A stretch of 64,000 bases of DNA from an uncultured Gammaproteobacteria bacterium (GTDB taxonomy: Bacteria; Patescibacteriota; Patescibacteriia; UBA11705), in contig CAYPSS010000004.1 of NCBI GenBank assembly GCA_964413735.1, positions 39,538 to 103,537 on the forward strand. Direction: 5' to 3'. The notes under the pieces were generated by a model. It had not been told where the DNA came from, did no database searches, and worked only from the letters and a program-made list of their open reading frames with translations. The position numbers were made by a program, and so were the translations under genes. Below, piece after piece: positions 54,791 to 64,000 of this stretch. How positions within the stretch are numbered: position 1 is the stretch's first letter; every line of letters starts with the position of its first letter.

Positions 54791-56848
54791 ATGTTTGCAG
54801 GCAACAAACTGATCCAAATTCGCAAGCGTGATGGTCGTATTGTTGATTTTACTCAAGAGAAAATCAATACGGCGATTTTCAAGGCGCTTCAAGCAACCAA
54901 TTCCGGAAGTAAAGAAGATGCGGAAAAATTGGGAGACTTAGTGGTCAAAAAATTAAATGAAAAATTTCATGAACGAACCATTCCGGCGGTGGAAGAAATT
55001 CAAGATATGGTGGAAGACGCCATGATTGAAAATCACTTTATCAAAGCGGCCAAGTCTTATATAATTTATCGCGATCAACATGCGAAAATGCGTGACATTG
55101 ATGCGATGATCAATTCCGATCAATTAATGGAAAGTTATTTGAATAGTACCGATTGGCGTGTCAAAGAAAATTCCAACATGGATTATTCTTTGCAAGGTTT
55201 GAATAACTATGTGGCGTCTACGATTAGTTCTCATTATTGGCTTAATAAAGTTTATCCGCCAAATATCAAAGAAGCGCATGTGGAAGGTGATATTCATATT
55301 CATGATTTGCAATTATTATCCGCTTATTGTTGCGGTTGGGATTTGCACGATATTTTATTGCGCGGTTTTGGTGGTGTGCGTGGCAAGGTAACCAGTAAAC
55401 CACCGAAACATTTTCGTACCGCACTCGGACAATTGGTAAATTTTTTCTATACTTTGCAGGGTGAATCAGCCGGGGCGCAAGCGGTTTCCAGTTTAGATAC
55501 TTATTTAGCGCCATTTATTCGTTATGACAAATTGGAATACAAAGAGGTCAAACAAGCATTGCAAGAATTTCTTTTTAATATGAATGTTCCGACTCGCGTC
55601 GGGTTCCAAACTCCGTTTACCAATGTGACTTTGGATTTGTTTGTACCGGAAAATGTGAAGAACGAAGCGGTGATCATCGGTGGTCAACCGCAACCGGAAA
55701 AATATGGTGAATTTCAAAAAGAAATGGATATTTTTAATGAAGCGTTTGTGGATGTGATGCTCGATGGTGATAGTCATGGTCGCGTTTTCGGTTTTCCCAT
55801 TCCTACTTATAATGTAACGCCGGATTGGAATTGGGATGATCATATTATTATGAAAATTATGGAAATGACCGCCAAATATGGTATTCCGTATTTTTCCAAT
55901 TTTATTAATTCTGACATGAAGCCCGAGGACGCACGCAGTATGTGTTGTCGCTTACGTTTGGATAATCGTGAATTGCGCAAACGCGGGGGAGGATTATTTG
56001 GTGCTAACCCGTTGACCGGTTCAATCGGCGTGGTGACTTTGAATTTACCGCGAATCGGATTTTTGGCCAAAGATAAAGATGAGTTTTTTAAGCGGGTTGC
56101 CGATTTAATGGATATTGCCAGGCAATCACTTGATATTAAACGTAAAGTATTGGAAGAATTTACGGAATCAGGGTTATATCCATATTCTCGATTTTACTTA
56201 AGTACTATCAAGGAAAGATTTGGTGAATTTTGGAAGAATCATTTTAATACCATTGGATTAAATGGGATGAATGAAGCGGCGTTGAATTTATTGGGGCAAG
56301 ATATTACTACGGTGGAGGGTCATAAATTTGCGCGTCAAACTCTTGATTTTATGCGTGATCGATTGATGGATTATCAAAATGAAACCAATCAGCTTTTTAA
56401 CTTGGAAGCAACGCCGGCCGAAGGGACCTCATATCGTTTTGCGCGTCTTGATAAAAAGAAATTTCCGGATATTATTGTGGCTAATGAAAAACAAGTTCAG
56501 GAAAACGGTGCCGAACCTTACTATACCAATTCATCACAATTACCGGTGGGTTATACCGATGATGTGTTTGAAGCCTTGAAATTGCAAGATGATTTACAAA
56601 CCAGATATACGGGCGGTACGGTATTGCATGGTTTTATTGGGGAGAAAATGCCCTCGGCGGAAAGTACCAAATCTTTGGTCAAGAAAATAGCGGAAAATTT
56701 CCGTTTGCCGTATTTTACCATTACTCCGACCTTTAGTATTTGTCCCAAACATGGTTATATTGCCGGTGAACATGAATATTGCCCTCGTTGTGATGAGGAG
56801 ATGGGTTATGTGTCCGGTTCTTCTTTGGAACAGCAACTTCAGGGATAG
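54791..56848 (+). CDS. nrdD: Anaerobic ribonucleoside-triphosphate reductase NrdD (class III), body lacking the canonical C-terminal glycyl-radical segment
   Basis: 685 aa. N-terminal ATP-cone (KRDGRIVDF); the class III RNR core; C-terminus CPKHGY...CPRCDEEMGYVSG ends before the usual RVxGY...NxGKxxE tail. Confidence 0.85.
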   Translation: MFAGNKLIQIRKRDGRIVDFTQEKINTAIFKALQATNSGSKEDAEKLGDLVVKKLNEKFHERTIPAVEEIQDMVEDAMIENHFIKAAKSYIIYRDQHAKMRDIDAMINSDQLMESYLNSTDWRVKENSNMDYSLQGLNNYVASTISSHYWLNKVYPPNIKEAHVEGDIHIHDLQLLSAYCCGWDLHDILLRGFGGVRGKVTSKPPKHFRTALGQLVNFFYTLQGESAGAQAVSSLDTYLAPFIRYDKLEYKEVKQALQEFLFNMNVPTRVGFQTPFTNVTLDLFVPENVKNEAVIIGGQPQPEKYGEFQKEMDIFNEAFVDVMLDGDSHGRVFGFPIPTYNVTPDWNWDDHIIMKIMEMTAKYGIPYFSNFINSDMKPEDARSMCCRLRLDNRELRKRGGGLFGANPLTGSIGVVTLNLPRIGFLAKDKDEFFKRVADLMDIARQSLDIKRKVLEEFTESGLYPYSRFYLSTIKERFGEFWKNHFNTIGLNGMNEAALNLLGQDITTVEGHKFARQTLDFMRDRLMDYQNETNQLFNLEATPAEGTSYRFARLDKKKFPDIIVANEKQVQENGAEPYYTNSSQLPVGYTDDVFEALKLQDDLQTRYTGGTVLHGFIGEKMPSAESTKSLVKKIAENFRLPYFTITPTFSICPKHGYIAGEHEYCPRCDEEMGYVSGSSLEQQLQG

Positions 56849-56940
56849 TTTGTGGATAAATCAAGGGTTTAAATCTTATTTAAAAAGTAATAAAATATAA
56901 ATAACAAATAATATTTATTCATATAATCGCGTTTGATTAC

Positions 56941-57126
56941 ATGAATAAAAAAAAGAAAAATAAAAGTATGTCATCAAAACAACTGGAAAGACAGAAGTGC
57001 GAAATTTACTCCCGCGTGGTAGGGTATTTAAGTCCGGTTAATCGTTGGAATAAGGGTAAACAAGCGGAATTCGGTGACCGTCGCGAATTTGATAAAATGT
57101 TGACCGTTAGCGGTGATAATCTTTAA
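56941..57126 (+). CDS. Stand-alone NrdD C-terminal glycyl-radical segment (61 aa)
   Basis: The peptide ...CEIYSRVVGYLSPVNRWNKGKQAEFGDRREF matches the NrdD glycyl-radical motif (RVCGYLGSP...NAGKQEE in E. coli). It is separated from the nrdD body by about 90 bp with stops in all frames. Confidence 0.55.
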   Translation: MNKKKKNKSMSSKQLERQKCEIYSRVVGYLSPVNRWNKGKQAEFGDRREFDKMLTVSGDNL

Positions 57127-57189
57127 TCTTATTTAATTACAGCTTAACATATCGAACCCCGATTTCGGGGTTCTTTAATCAAGAGAAAT

Positions 57190-57888
57190 ATGATGATTGG
57201 CGGTTTACAAAAAACAACTTTACTTGATTATCCGGGCAAAGTGGCGGCCACGGTTTTTACCGCCGGTTGCGGTTTCCGTTGTCATTTTTGCCATAATCCG
57301 GAATTGGTTTTGCCGGAAATGGTAAAAAAAGCCAAGTTAATTGCCGAAGAAAAGTTCTTTGAATTTTTGAAATCACGCCATAAGTTATTGGATGCGGTTT
57401 GCATTACCGGTGGTGAACCGACTTTGCATAAAGATTTGGAAGAGTTTATCATTAAAATTAAAAGTTTTGGATTATTGGTAAAATTGGATACCAATGGTAC
57501 GGCACCGCAAATTATTGAAGGATTATTGGCTAAAAATTTATTGGATTATTTGGCCATGGATATCAAAGCTCCTTGGGGAAAATATCATACGGTGGTTGGA
57601 CTTAACCCTGATTTGGCGAAGTTGCAACAAAGTGTTAAAATAATAATAGAAAGTGGAATTGATCATGAGTTTCGTTCAACGGTTTTGCCATCTTTGCATT
57701 CGCGCGAGGATATTATGACGATGGCTGAGCAGGTGATAGGTGCGCGTGCTTATTATTTGCAACAATTTCGTCCTACGGCTAAGCTGGTTAATGGTCAGTA
57801 TGTTAGAGAGAAAAAATATTCCGTGCGTGAATTGGAAGAAATTTGTCAAAGTTTAAGTTCCATATTTAAAATTTGTAAAGTGCGATAA
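57190..57888 (+). CDS. nrdG: Anaerobic RNR activating enzyme NrdG (radical SAM)
   Basis: 232 aa. Canonical Cx3Cx2C CGFRCHFCHNPE. Confidence 0.85.
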   Translation: MMIGGLQKTTLLDYPGKVAATVFTAGCGFRCHFCHNPELVLPEMVKKAKLIAEEKFFEFLKSRHKLLDAVCITGGEPTLHKDLEEFIIKIKSFGLLVKLDTNGTAPQIIEGLLAKNLLDYLAMDIKAPWGKYHTVVGLNPDLAKLQQSVKIIIESGIDHEFRSTVLPSLHSREDIMTMAEQVIGARAYYLQQFRPTAKLVNGQYVREKKYSVRELEEICQSLSSIFKICKVR

Positions 57889-57895
57889 AAATTTT

Positions 57896-58204
57896 ATGAT
57901 GTCACAAGGAGGTGAGGAATTAAAAAATATCGAACAAATTGTTCGTCAAAATTTAAGTTTAACGCGAGAAATTTTGGAAAGCGTAGAAAAAACACGAAAA
58001 TATATTTTGTGGTTGCGCATTTTGAGTATTGTAAAGCTGGTGGTGATTTTATTACCGATTGTTTTGGCTCTAATTTATTTACCACCGATTTTCACCCGCG
58101 CTTTTCAGCAATATAGTGATATTTTCGGTCAAATGCAAAGTTTACAGCAGGGCAATATCGGTGATATGGACCCGAATTTGATGAAGGGCATTTTAAATCG
58201 TTGA
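57896..58204 (+). CDS. Hypothetical small membrane protein
   Basis: 102 aa, one TM helix; no motifs. Confidence 0.4.
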   Translation: MMSQGGEELKNIEQIVRQNLSLTREILESVEKTRKYILWLRILSIVKLVVILLPIVLALIYLPPIFTRAFQQYSDIFGQMQSLQQGNIGDMDPNLMKGILNR

Positions 58205-58268
58205 AATACGAAAAACAAGTCCGTGGGCTTGTTTTTTATTGGAAAAAATATTATGATGATACCGCTAT

Positions 58269-59363
58269 ATGAATGATTTGAAATCACAATTGGTGGAATT
58301 GCAAGAACGCTTTGAAAAAGCGTATTTTTTGTTAAATTTACCGGAAATTAAAAGTGAAATAATTGAAAAAGAAAATCAGATGACCCAGCCTGATTTTTGG
58401 CAGGATCAACAACGCGCCAAGCAAATCGCGCAAGAATTAAGTGATTTGAAGCGCGAAGTGACGCAGTGGGAAGATTTCAAAAAACAATTGTTTGATATGA
58501 GTGAAATACTGGAATTGGATTTGGATGATCAAAGTGTTAATTTGCGAGAAGATTTTATGACCCAATTGCAAACCTTGGAAAAACAATTTAATCAAATGGA
58601 ATTGGATTTGCTTTTGGGCGGAGAATATGACAAACAATCGGCGGTTATCAGTATTTATGCCGGAACCGGTGGAACCGACGCGCAGGATTGGGCGGAAATG
58701 CTCTTACGTATGTATTTGCGTTTTTGTGAACAAAGAAATTGGAAAACGGAAATTATCAATATTTCCGAAGGTAATGAAGCGGGTATCAAAAGTGTACAAA
58801 TTGAAGTGGTCGGTCGTTATGCTTACGGTTATTTGAAATCCGAAGCCGGAGTGCATCGTTTGGTTCGTATTTCACCGTTTGATGCGGAAAAGATGCGTCA
58901 CACTTCGTTTGCCATGGTGGAAGTTTTGCCTTTGTTTGATGCCGAAGTGGTAATTGATATTAATCCGGAAGATTTGAAAATTGATACTTTTCGGGCTGGT
59001 GGTCATGGCGGTCAAAGTGTGAATACTACAGATTCGGCGGTACGCATTAAACATGAACCAACTGGTATTGTGGTGCAATGCCAAAATGAGCGATCGCAAA
59101 TGCAAAACAAGGAAAAAGCTTTGAAAATTTTGCAGGCTAAACTTAAACAATATTATGAAACTGAAGTGGAAGAAGAACGTCAAAAACTGCGCGGAGAATT
59201 TACCGAAGCGGCTTGGGGTAATCAAGCGCGTTCTTATGTCTTGCATCCTTATAAAATGGTAAAAGATCATCGCACCGATGCGCAAACCGCGGATGTGGAA
59301 CGAGTTTTAGACGGAGATTTGATTTTATTTATCGAGGCTTACTTGAGGCAATTGCAAAAATAG
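58269..59363 (+). CDS. prfB: Peptide chain release factor 2 (contiguous frame, no +1 frameshift site)
   Basis: 364 aa. SPF tripeptide (RISPFDA) and GGQ (GGHGGQSVN). The N-terminal region is in the same frame, so no programmed frameshift is needed. Confidence 0.85.
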   Translation: MNDLKSQLVELQERFEKAYFLLNLPEIKSEIIEKENQMTQPDFWQDQQRAKQIAQELSDLKREVTQWEDFKKQLFDMSEILELDLDDQSVNLREDFMTQLQTLEKQFNQMELDLLLGGEYDKQSAVISIYAGTGGTDAQDWAEMLLRMYLRFCEQRNWKTEIINISEGNEAGIKSVQIEVVGRYAYGYLKSEAGVHRLVRISPFDAEKMRHTSFAMVEVLPLFDAEVVIDINPEDLKIDTFRAGGHGGQSVNTTDSAVRIKHEPTGIVVQCQNERSQMQNKEKALKILQAKLKQYYETEVEEERQKLRGEFTEAAWGNQARSYVLHPYKMVKDHRTDAQTADVERVLDGDLILFIEAYLRQLQK

Positions 59364-59364
59364 T

Positions 59365-60471
59365 ATGTGGAAAAAAATTCTTTTAATTTTCTTGCTGGCT
59401 TTTATGAGTGTGGGGGCGGCTTCGGCCTTGGCTTTTTGGTTTACGCAAGAAAAAACTTTGGAAATTGTTCCAAATGATATGGAGGTTGAATTATCAACCG
59501 TGGATTTTTCTGTGTGGCGGGAAAAGGAACAAGAGCAAATTTTGCAAATGCAATTAAAGGCGCGTCAAATCGCCACGGTTTTCATGGTGGGGGATATAAT
59601 GTTATCTCGCGCGGTGGAAAGAACCATGATCGCCAAAAATGATTTTATGTATTGTTTGGCGGATATGCGGAAGACAGTTCAAGGTGCGGATTTGGCTTTC
59701 GGAAATTTGGAAAGTCCGATAATTGCCGGTCAACCGGTAGAAGATGATTCGTTTGTTTTTCGTGCTCATCCTGAATCTGCTAAAGCTTTGCAATTGACCG
59801 GTTTTGATATTTTGGGGTTAGCCAATAATCATATTGGTAATTATGGGACGGCCGGTTTGAATAAGACTTTTGAATATTTGAGGGCCCAAGGGATTGATTG
59901 GGTGGGGGCGGGGGAAAATATGGCCCAAATGGTTAATCCTTTAATTAAACAAGTACGAGATTTGAAAATCGCTTTTTTGGCATATGCCTATGGACCGACC
60001 GGTTATGGCGCGACAAATACGCGACCGGGAATGGCGTTAATCAATTCAGAACAGTTATTGGTGGACATTCAAGAAGCTAAAGATTTGGGAGCGCAAGTAA
60101 TAATTATGACTATGCATGCCGGGGTGGAATATGAAATTGAGCCGACGAATCAACAACGAGAATTGGCGCATTTAGCCATTGATAATGGAGTTGATTTGGT
60201 GGTTGGTCATCACCCTCATGTGGTGCAACGACGAGAAGTTTATCAGGGTAAACCGATTTATTACAGTTTGGGAAATTTTGTTTTCGATCAAATGTGGAGT
60301 TTGGAAACTCGTCAAGGTTTGGGTGTGATGTTTACCATCGATCAAAGCGGTGTGATTGATACGCAATTGGTTCCGGTGATGATTGAGAATTATTGTCGTC
60401 CGCGAATCGCCATGGATGATGAGGCTAATGAAATAATTGCGCGTTTGGATAAAGAAAAAATATCAAATTAA
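59365..60471 (+). CDS. CapA/PGA_cap family metallophosphatase-like protein
   Basis: 368 aa. N-terminal TM helix, and GDIMLSR...GNLESP...LANNHIGNYG...VGHHPHVVQ motifs of the CapA family. Confidence 0.8.
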   Translation: MWKKILLIFLLAFMSVGAASALAFWFTQEKTLEIVPNDMEVELSTVDFSVWREKEQEQILQMQLKARQIATVFMVGDIMLSRAVERTMIAKNDFMYCLADMRKTVQGADLAFGNLESPIIAGQPVEDDSFVFRAHPESAKALQLTGFDILGLANNHIGNYGTAGLNKTFEYLRAQGIDWVGAGENMAQMVNPLIKQVRDLKIAFLAYAYGPTGYGATNTRPGMALINSEQLLVDIQEAKDLGAQVIIMTMHAGVEYEIEPTNQQRELAHLAIDNGVDLVVGHHPHVVQRREVYQGKPIYYSLGNFVFDQMWSLETRQGLGVMFTIDQSGVIDTQLVPVMIENYCRPRIAMDDEANEIIARLDKEKISN

Positions 60472-60479
60472 TATAATGT

Positions 60480-61301
60480 ATGATTGATGTTTTAGCGATT
60501 GTAAAAAAATACGGATTATCGCCTCGTCGTGAAGTGGGTCAAAATTTTTTAATTGATCATCAAGTTTTGCAAAATATTATTAAGGTAGCTGATTTAACGG
60601 GGCGGGAAAATGTTTTGGAAGTGGGGCCGGGTCCAGGAGTATTAACCGCGGAATTGGTGAAACAGGCGAAAAAGGTGATGGCGGTGGAATTGGATTCAAC
60701 CATGCTTTATGCTTTAAAAAAAGAATTTCGTACGGTCAATAATTTATTGTTGGTCAAAGATGATATTCTAAAATTAGGTTTTGATTTTATTTCGGAACAT
60801 TTTGACAATCAACCTTATCAAGTGATCGCCAATTTGCCGTATAATATTACCAGTCATTTTATTCGTCGTTTTTCTGAGGCGGATTATGCCCCAACGCGGA
60901 TGATTTTGATGATTCAAAAGGAAGTGGCGGAGCGTATTACCGCCACTCCGGGGGAAATGAGTTTGTTGGCTTTAGCGACCCAATTTTATTTTGAAGCGCA
61001 CATTGTTTTCCCGGTTGGCAAAAAATCTTTTTTTCCGTCTCCAAAAGTTGATAGTGCGGTTATTGAACTGGTACGCCGAAAAAAATTACCGACGATTGAT
61101 CAAAAAGAATTTTTCCGTTTATTGAAAATCGGATTTTCCGCCAAACGCAAACAACTGCAAAATAATTTGGCCAATGGTTATCATGTCCCACGAATTAAAT
61201 CTATTGAATGGTTGGAAAAGGCGGGAATTTCAATTGAGGCGCGCGCTCAAGAATTAAGTCAAACAGATTGGGAGAAATTATTAGCTCAAGTGGAAAAATA
61301 A
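60480..61301 (+). CDS. rsmA: 16S rRNA (adenine1518/1519-N6)-dimethyltransferase RsmA/KsgA
   Basis: 273 aa. GQNFLID and SAM motif VLEVGPGPGVLT. Confidence 0.9.
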   Translation: MIDVLAIVKKYGLSPRREVGQNFLIDHQVLQNIIKVADLTGRENVLEVGPGPGVLTAELVKQAKKVMAVELDSTMLYALKKEFRTVNNLLLVKDDILKLGFDFISEHFDNQPYQVIANLPYNITSHFIRRFSEADYAPTRMILMIQKEVAERITATPGEMSLLALATQFYFEAHIVFPVGKKSFFPSPKVDSAVIELVRRKKLPTIDQKEFFRLLKIGFSAKRKQLQNNLANGYHVPRIKSIEWLEKAGISIEARAQELSQTDWEKLLAQVEK

Positions 61302-61591
61302 ATTATATATAAAAGATATTGCTTTTGGCAGTATTTTTTTATTTTCTTAGAAGATTATGGCTTAGGTAATAAAGCTGTAATATGTAACAAAAAACTATGC
61401 TTTCACTCTGAATTTATTTCAGAGTCTGAGCTGTAGAATTAAGAAAGTGATAAGCAAGACAGGGGGGGGATTGGCTAGTATTTAAGTGAAAAGTAAAATA
61501 TAAAATACGTAATACGTTGGACATTATTATAAATGTGTATAAAAACCTTGGGCATTGGTGATGGTTTATGGTATAATTAAAAAAAATAACC

Positions 61592-62395
61592 ATGAATTTC
61601 ATGGATCAAGATCGCCAATCATTTGAACCGCGATCCTCTTTTGACAGTAAGTTAAAAGAGAGTTTTAGCGTTGAAAAAAATAATCATCAAACAGATGGTT
61701 TGTCCGGCTTAAATCGTCAGCAAAAATTTTTAATTTTTGTGCTTTTGTTTTTGTTTGGTTTTGTCGTGATTTTTGTTTTGGTTTCTCTTGATGACTTCTT
61801 ATATGTACCGGTTCCGCAGAATAATGAACCGTCAATGGTTGACAGTTCAACAACTACGCAACAAACACGAACCGAGGAAGATTTGCGTTCTTCTGATACG
61901 GACAAGGATGGCTTAAGTGATTATGATGAATTATATATTTGGAAAACCAGCCCATATTTACCAGATACTGACAGTGATAGTTTGTCGGATTTTGTGGAAG
62001 TTTCATCCGGCACTGATCCCAATTGTCCCCAAGGAAAGCAGTGTTTTGGTTTAACGCCCACCACGCCTGAGACAGGTGATTCCAGTTTAACTGATCAAAC
62101 GGTTATGCCCACCGCCCCGGAAATTCGTGCTTTAATTTTATCTCAAGGATTATTAACTTCCGAAGAATTAGCGTCCTTGACCGATGAGCAATTATTAACT
62201 TTGTATATTGAGGTTTCCGCCAAGCAAAATCAAAATCCAGATACCACGCAACCGCCAACTTTGGAAGCCGAATATACGCCGGAAAAAATTCGAGCATTGT
62301 TGATTGAATCCGGGATTCCGGCTCAAGACTTACAAGATTTAACTGATGATGAGTTAATGACTTTTTTCCGTGAAGCAATTAAAACCATTCAATAA
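61592..62395 (+). CDS. Membrane-anchored TSP3-like Asp-repeat protein with duplicated C-terminal 35-aa helical repeat
   Basis: 267 aa. TM helix; DTDKDGLSDYDE / DTDSDSLSDFVE repeats; two copies of ..IRALIL..G....DL..LTDDEL.T.. in the C-terminal half. Confidence 0.6.
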   Translation: MNFMDQDRQSFEPRSSFDSKLKESFSVEKNNHQTDGLSGLNRQQKFLIFVLLFLFGFVVIFVLVSLDDFLYVPVPQNNEPSMVDSSTTTQQTRTEEDLRSSDTDKDGLSDYDELYIWKTSPYLPDTDSDSLSDFVEVSSGTDPNCPQGKQCFGLTPTTPETGDSSLTDQTVMPTAPEIRALILSQGLLTSEELASLTDEQLLTLYIEVSAKQNQNPDTTQPPTLEAEYTPEKIRALLIESGIPAQDLQDLTDDELMTFFREAIKTIQ

Positions 62396-62419
62396 TAAAA
62401 TTTCTAAATACCAATATTT

Positions 62420-64000
62420 ATGATGATCAATCCACTTGGTCCCAAACGAAAAATATTTATTTTTTTCATTATTTTTTGGTTGACTTTTTCCGGATTTTTA
62501 ATTACTTTGGGCATCCCTCGGGTCGCGCAGGCAACTTTGCCGGTGGCTGACGCTCCATCTTTGGGGGCTTATATTGGTATGGAAACCAAAGCGGCGGTGA
62601 CCAAACAAGTTTCAGAAGTTAAAACCACGATTTTAAATCGAATAATGAAAAGTTTGACTTTGATTGGAGCGCAAGCTTTGAAAAGTTTATCGCTGAAATT
62701 AACGCAATATATCAGTTCGGGCGTGATGAATTTAATGCAGTCCGGTTCTTGGGGGCAGGAAGCCATGTGGGAAACCGCTACTTGGGAAGAGTGGGGCAAA
62801 CAATTGGGTGGCACGGTTTTGTCAGAAGTAATGTCGGAAATCAGTACTGGTGGTCCATGGGCCAATTATTTTGATATTTGTGAACCGAGTGCGGAATTGA
62901 AATTAAATATTTTGGCTACATTGGAAACAGGTGCATTGCGCGATTCATTAATGACTGATCAAATGAAGAATAGTCGTTGTTCTTGGGATCGAGTGAAAAA
63001 TAATTGGGAAGGATTTATTGAAGATCAAATTGATTATTTTTCCGGGCAAGCGGAGTTGGCTTCTTATGTGACCATGAATGTGGCGATTCGCGGTTTTGAA
63101 CCGCAACAAAGTGAAATCGGTCAATTTTTGTGGGCGGTAGACCTGGCCAAATCAGAAGCAAAAAAATTGGAAGAATTGAAGAAAGAACAACGAGTAGAAG
63201 GTGAAGGTTATAAACCGGATGGTGAAAATATTACCGGGACTGAGCAACAAAATCCACCGGGAACAGCCAAGTCCATTCAAGAAGAAAATTTACGTAAACA
63301 AACTAATCAACAACAATCCGAGCAAGATCAAGCTTTGGCCGTGTTAACGGAAATTCCCGAGCAAATTGCGGTGACATTTTTGAAATCAGTGGTTTCTCAA
63401 CAATTTGTCACTTCATTGTTTGATTTGGTGAAAAAAGGTTTTAGTCGCAGTCCGTCGGCGTATAATCCATCACAACAAGTTTTTGATTATCAAGCGCAAA
63501 CAGCCGGTCAGATTGCCAAAATCAATGAAATTAAAGTTTCGTTTAATCAAAAAGAAGTGGATTTTTTGACCGATTTTGTGAATTGTCCCAATATTAATAA
63601 TAATATTCAGCAAAATAATATAAATAATTGCGTGATTTATAAGGAATTTGCCGATGCGGTGCGTGAAGCTGATTATGGTAATCCTTTGACGGTGCAACAA
63701 GCTTTGGAAACCGGACAAATCAAAGATTTGATTTTTATTGATGATACGGTAACCAGTGATCAAGTGGATTGTTTGAATGGTGCTTATTGTTATTCCAATT
63801 TAGTGAAATTACGCAAAGCGCGAATTATTCCGATTGGTTGGGAATTGGCAGCCAAACAAGTGGGTAGTGCGCAAAATGTGAAATTGTCTACCTTGTTGTC
63901 TTGTTTTGTGAACCCATATGAGGCGGGAAGTGCGGATTATCAAATGTTCCAAAATCAATGTGTGGTTGATGATAAAAAATATGAAGGGTTGGTTGATCCT
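62420..64000 (+). CDS. Hypothetical secreted protein (5' partial; continues past window end)
   Basis: Own translation from the ATG at 62420 gives MMINPLGPKRKIFIFFIIFWLTFSGFLITLGIPRVAQA..., a signal peptide; it stays open for at least 526 codons to the window edge. It is absent from the ORF track because it has no stop in the window. Confidence 0.5.
   Translation, partial: MMINPLGPKRKIFIFFIIFWLTFSGFLITLGIPRVAQATLPVADAPSLGAYIGMETKAAVTKQVSEVKTTILNRIMKSLTLIGAQALKSLSLKLTQYISSGVMNLMQSGSWGQEAMWETATWEEWGKQLGGTVLSEVMSEISTGGPWANYFDICEPSAELKLNILATLETGALRDSLMTDQMKNSRCSWDRVKNNWEGFIEDQIDYFSGQAELASYVTMNVAIRGFEPQQSEIGQFLWAVDLAKSEAKKLEELKKEQRVEGEGYKPDGENITGTEQQNPPGTAKSIQEENLRKQTNQQQSEQDQALAVLTEIPEQIAVTFLKSVVSQQFVTSLFDLVKKGFSRSPSAYNPSQQVFDYQAQTAGQIAKINEIKVSFNQKEVDFLTDFVNCPNINNNIQQNNINNCVIYKEFADAVREADYGNPLTVQQALETGQIKDLIFIDDTVTSDQVDCLNGAYCYSNLVKLRKARIIPIGWELAAKQVGSAQNVKLSTLLSCFVNPYEAGSADYQMFQNQCVVDDKKYEGLVDP

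Noticed and set aside
58269-59363. Programmed +1 frameshift in prfB
   Set aside because: The N-terminal and catalytic parts are in one continuous frame, and no in-frame UGA is near codon 25. There is no frameshift site.

Overview
This is an AT-rich bacterial chromosomal segment, roughly 35-40% GC by eye. Genes are densely packed, and many stop/start codons overlap by 4 bp. Gene content points to a small-genome, anaerobic, probably CPR/Patescibacteria-like organism; this is inference, not proof. The supporting features are giant Cys-rich surface proteins, a class III anaerobic ribonucleotide reductase (nrdR-nrdD-nrdG), a short Rel protein lacking the C-terminal regulatory domains, and weak Shine-Dalgarno usage. 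Housekeeping content (left to right) is an SDR oxidoreductase, parA, parB, rel, topA, folC, dprA, pth, der, lepB, hisS, rpsU, ybeY, dgkA, ftsA, ftsZ, nrdR, nrdD, nrdG, prfB, capA, rsmA and three tRNAs. Gene orientation flips at about 20.3 kb: mostly minus strand before it, entirely plus strand after it. The accessory or unusual content is as follows. (1) An initiator tRNA is followed by three tandem 85-bp partial copies of its 3' end. (2) A single-gene island of about 730 bp has high GC at third codon positions, with its own Shine-Dalgarno sequence and terminator. (3) Three secreted proteins share a pilin-like two-helix membrane module; one is a 2987-aa giant adhesin-like protein with IPT/TIG, LamG and CGNG..GEECD cysteine repeats. 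(4) A locus at 39.7-49.8 kb combines a MoxR-type AAA+ ATPase, a zincin(HExxH)-vWA fusion protein and a family of three or four recently duplicated LRR-like repeat proteins. One of them carries nine near-identical 63-bp tandem repeats. This is the best candidate for an undescribed NTPase-based system. (5) A four-gene cassette (a two-subunit TPP-dependent sulfopyruvate/phosphonopyruvate-type decarboxylase, a SAM methyltransferase and a radical-SAM-like protein) is bracketed by 60-bp direct repeats that duplicate the 3' end and terminator of the upstream HAD gene. (6) nrdD appears split, with its glycyl-radical segment on a separate 61-aa ORF. (7) A 550-bp intergenic region downstream of the topA stop carries a perfect sigma70 consensus promoter, terminators and a 14-bp inverted repeat, suggesting small RNA(s). 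All functional calls come from motif recognition by eye; no database search was run.
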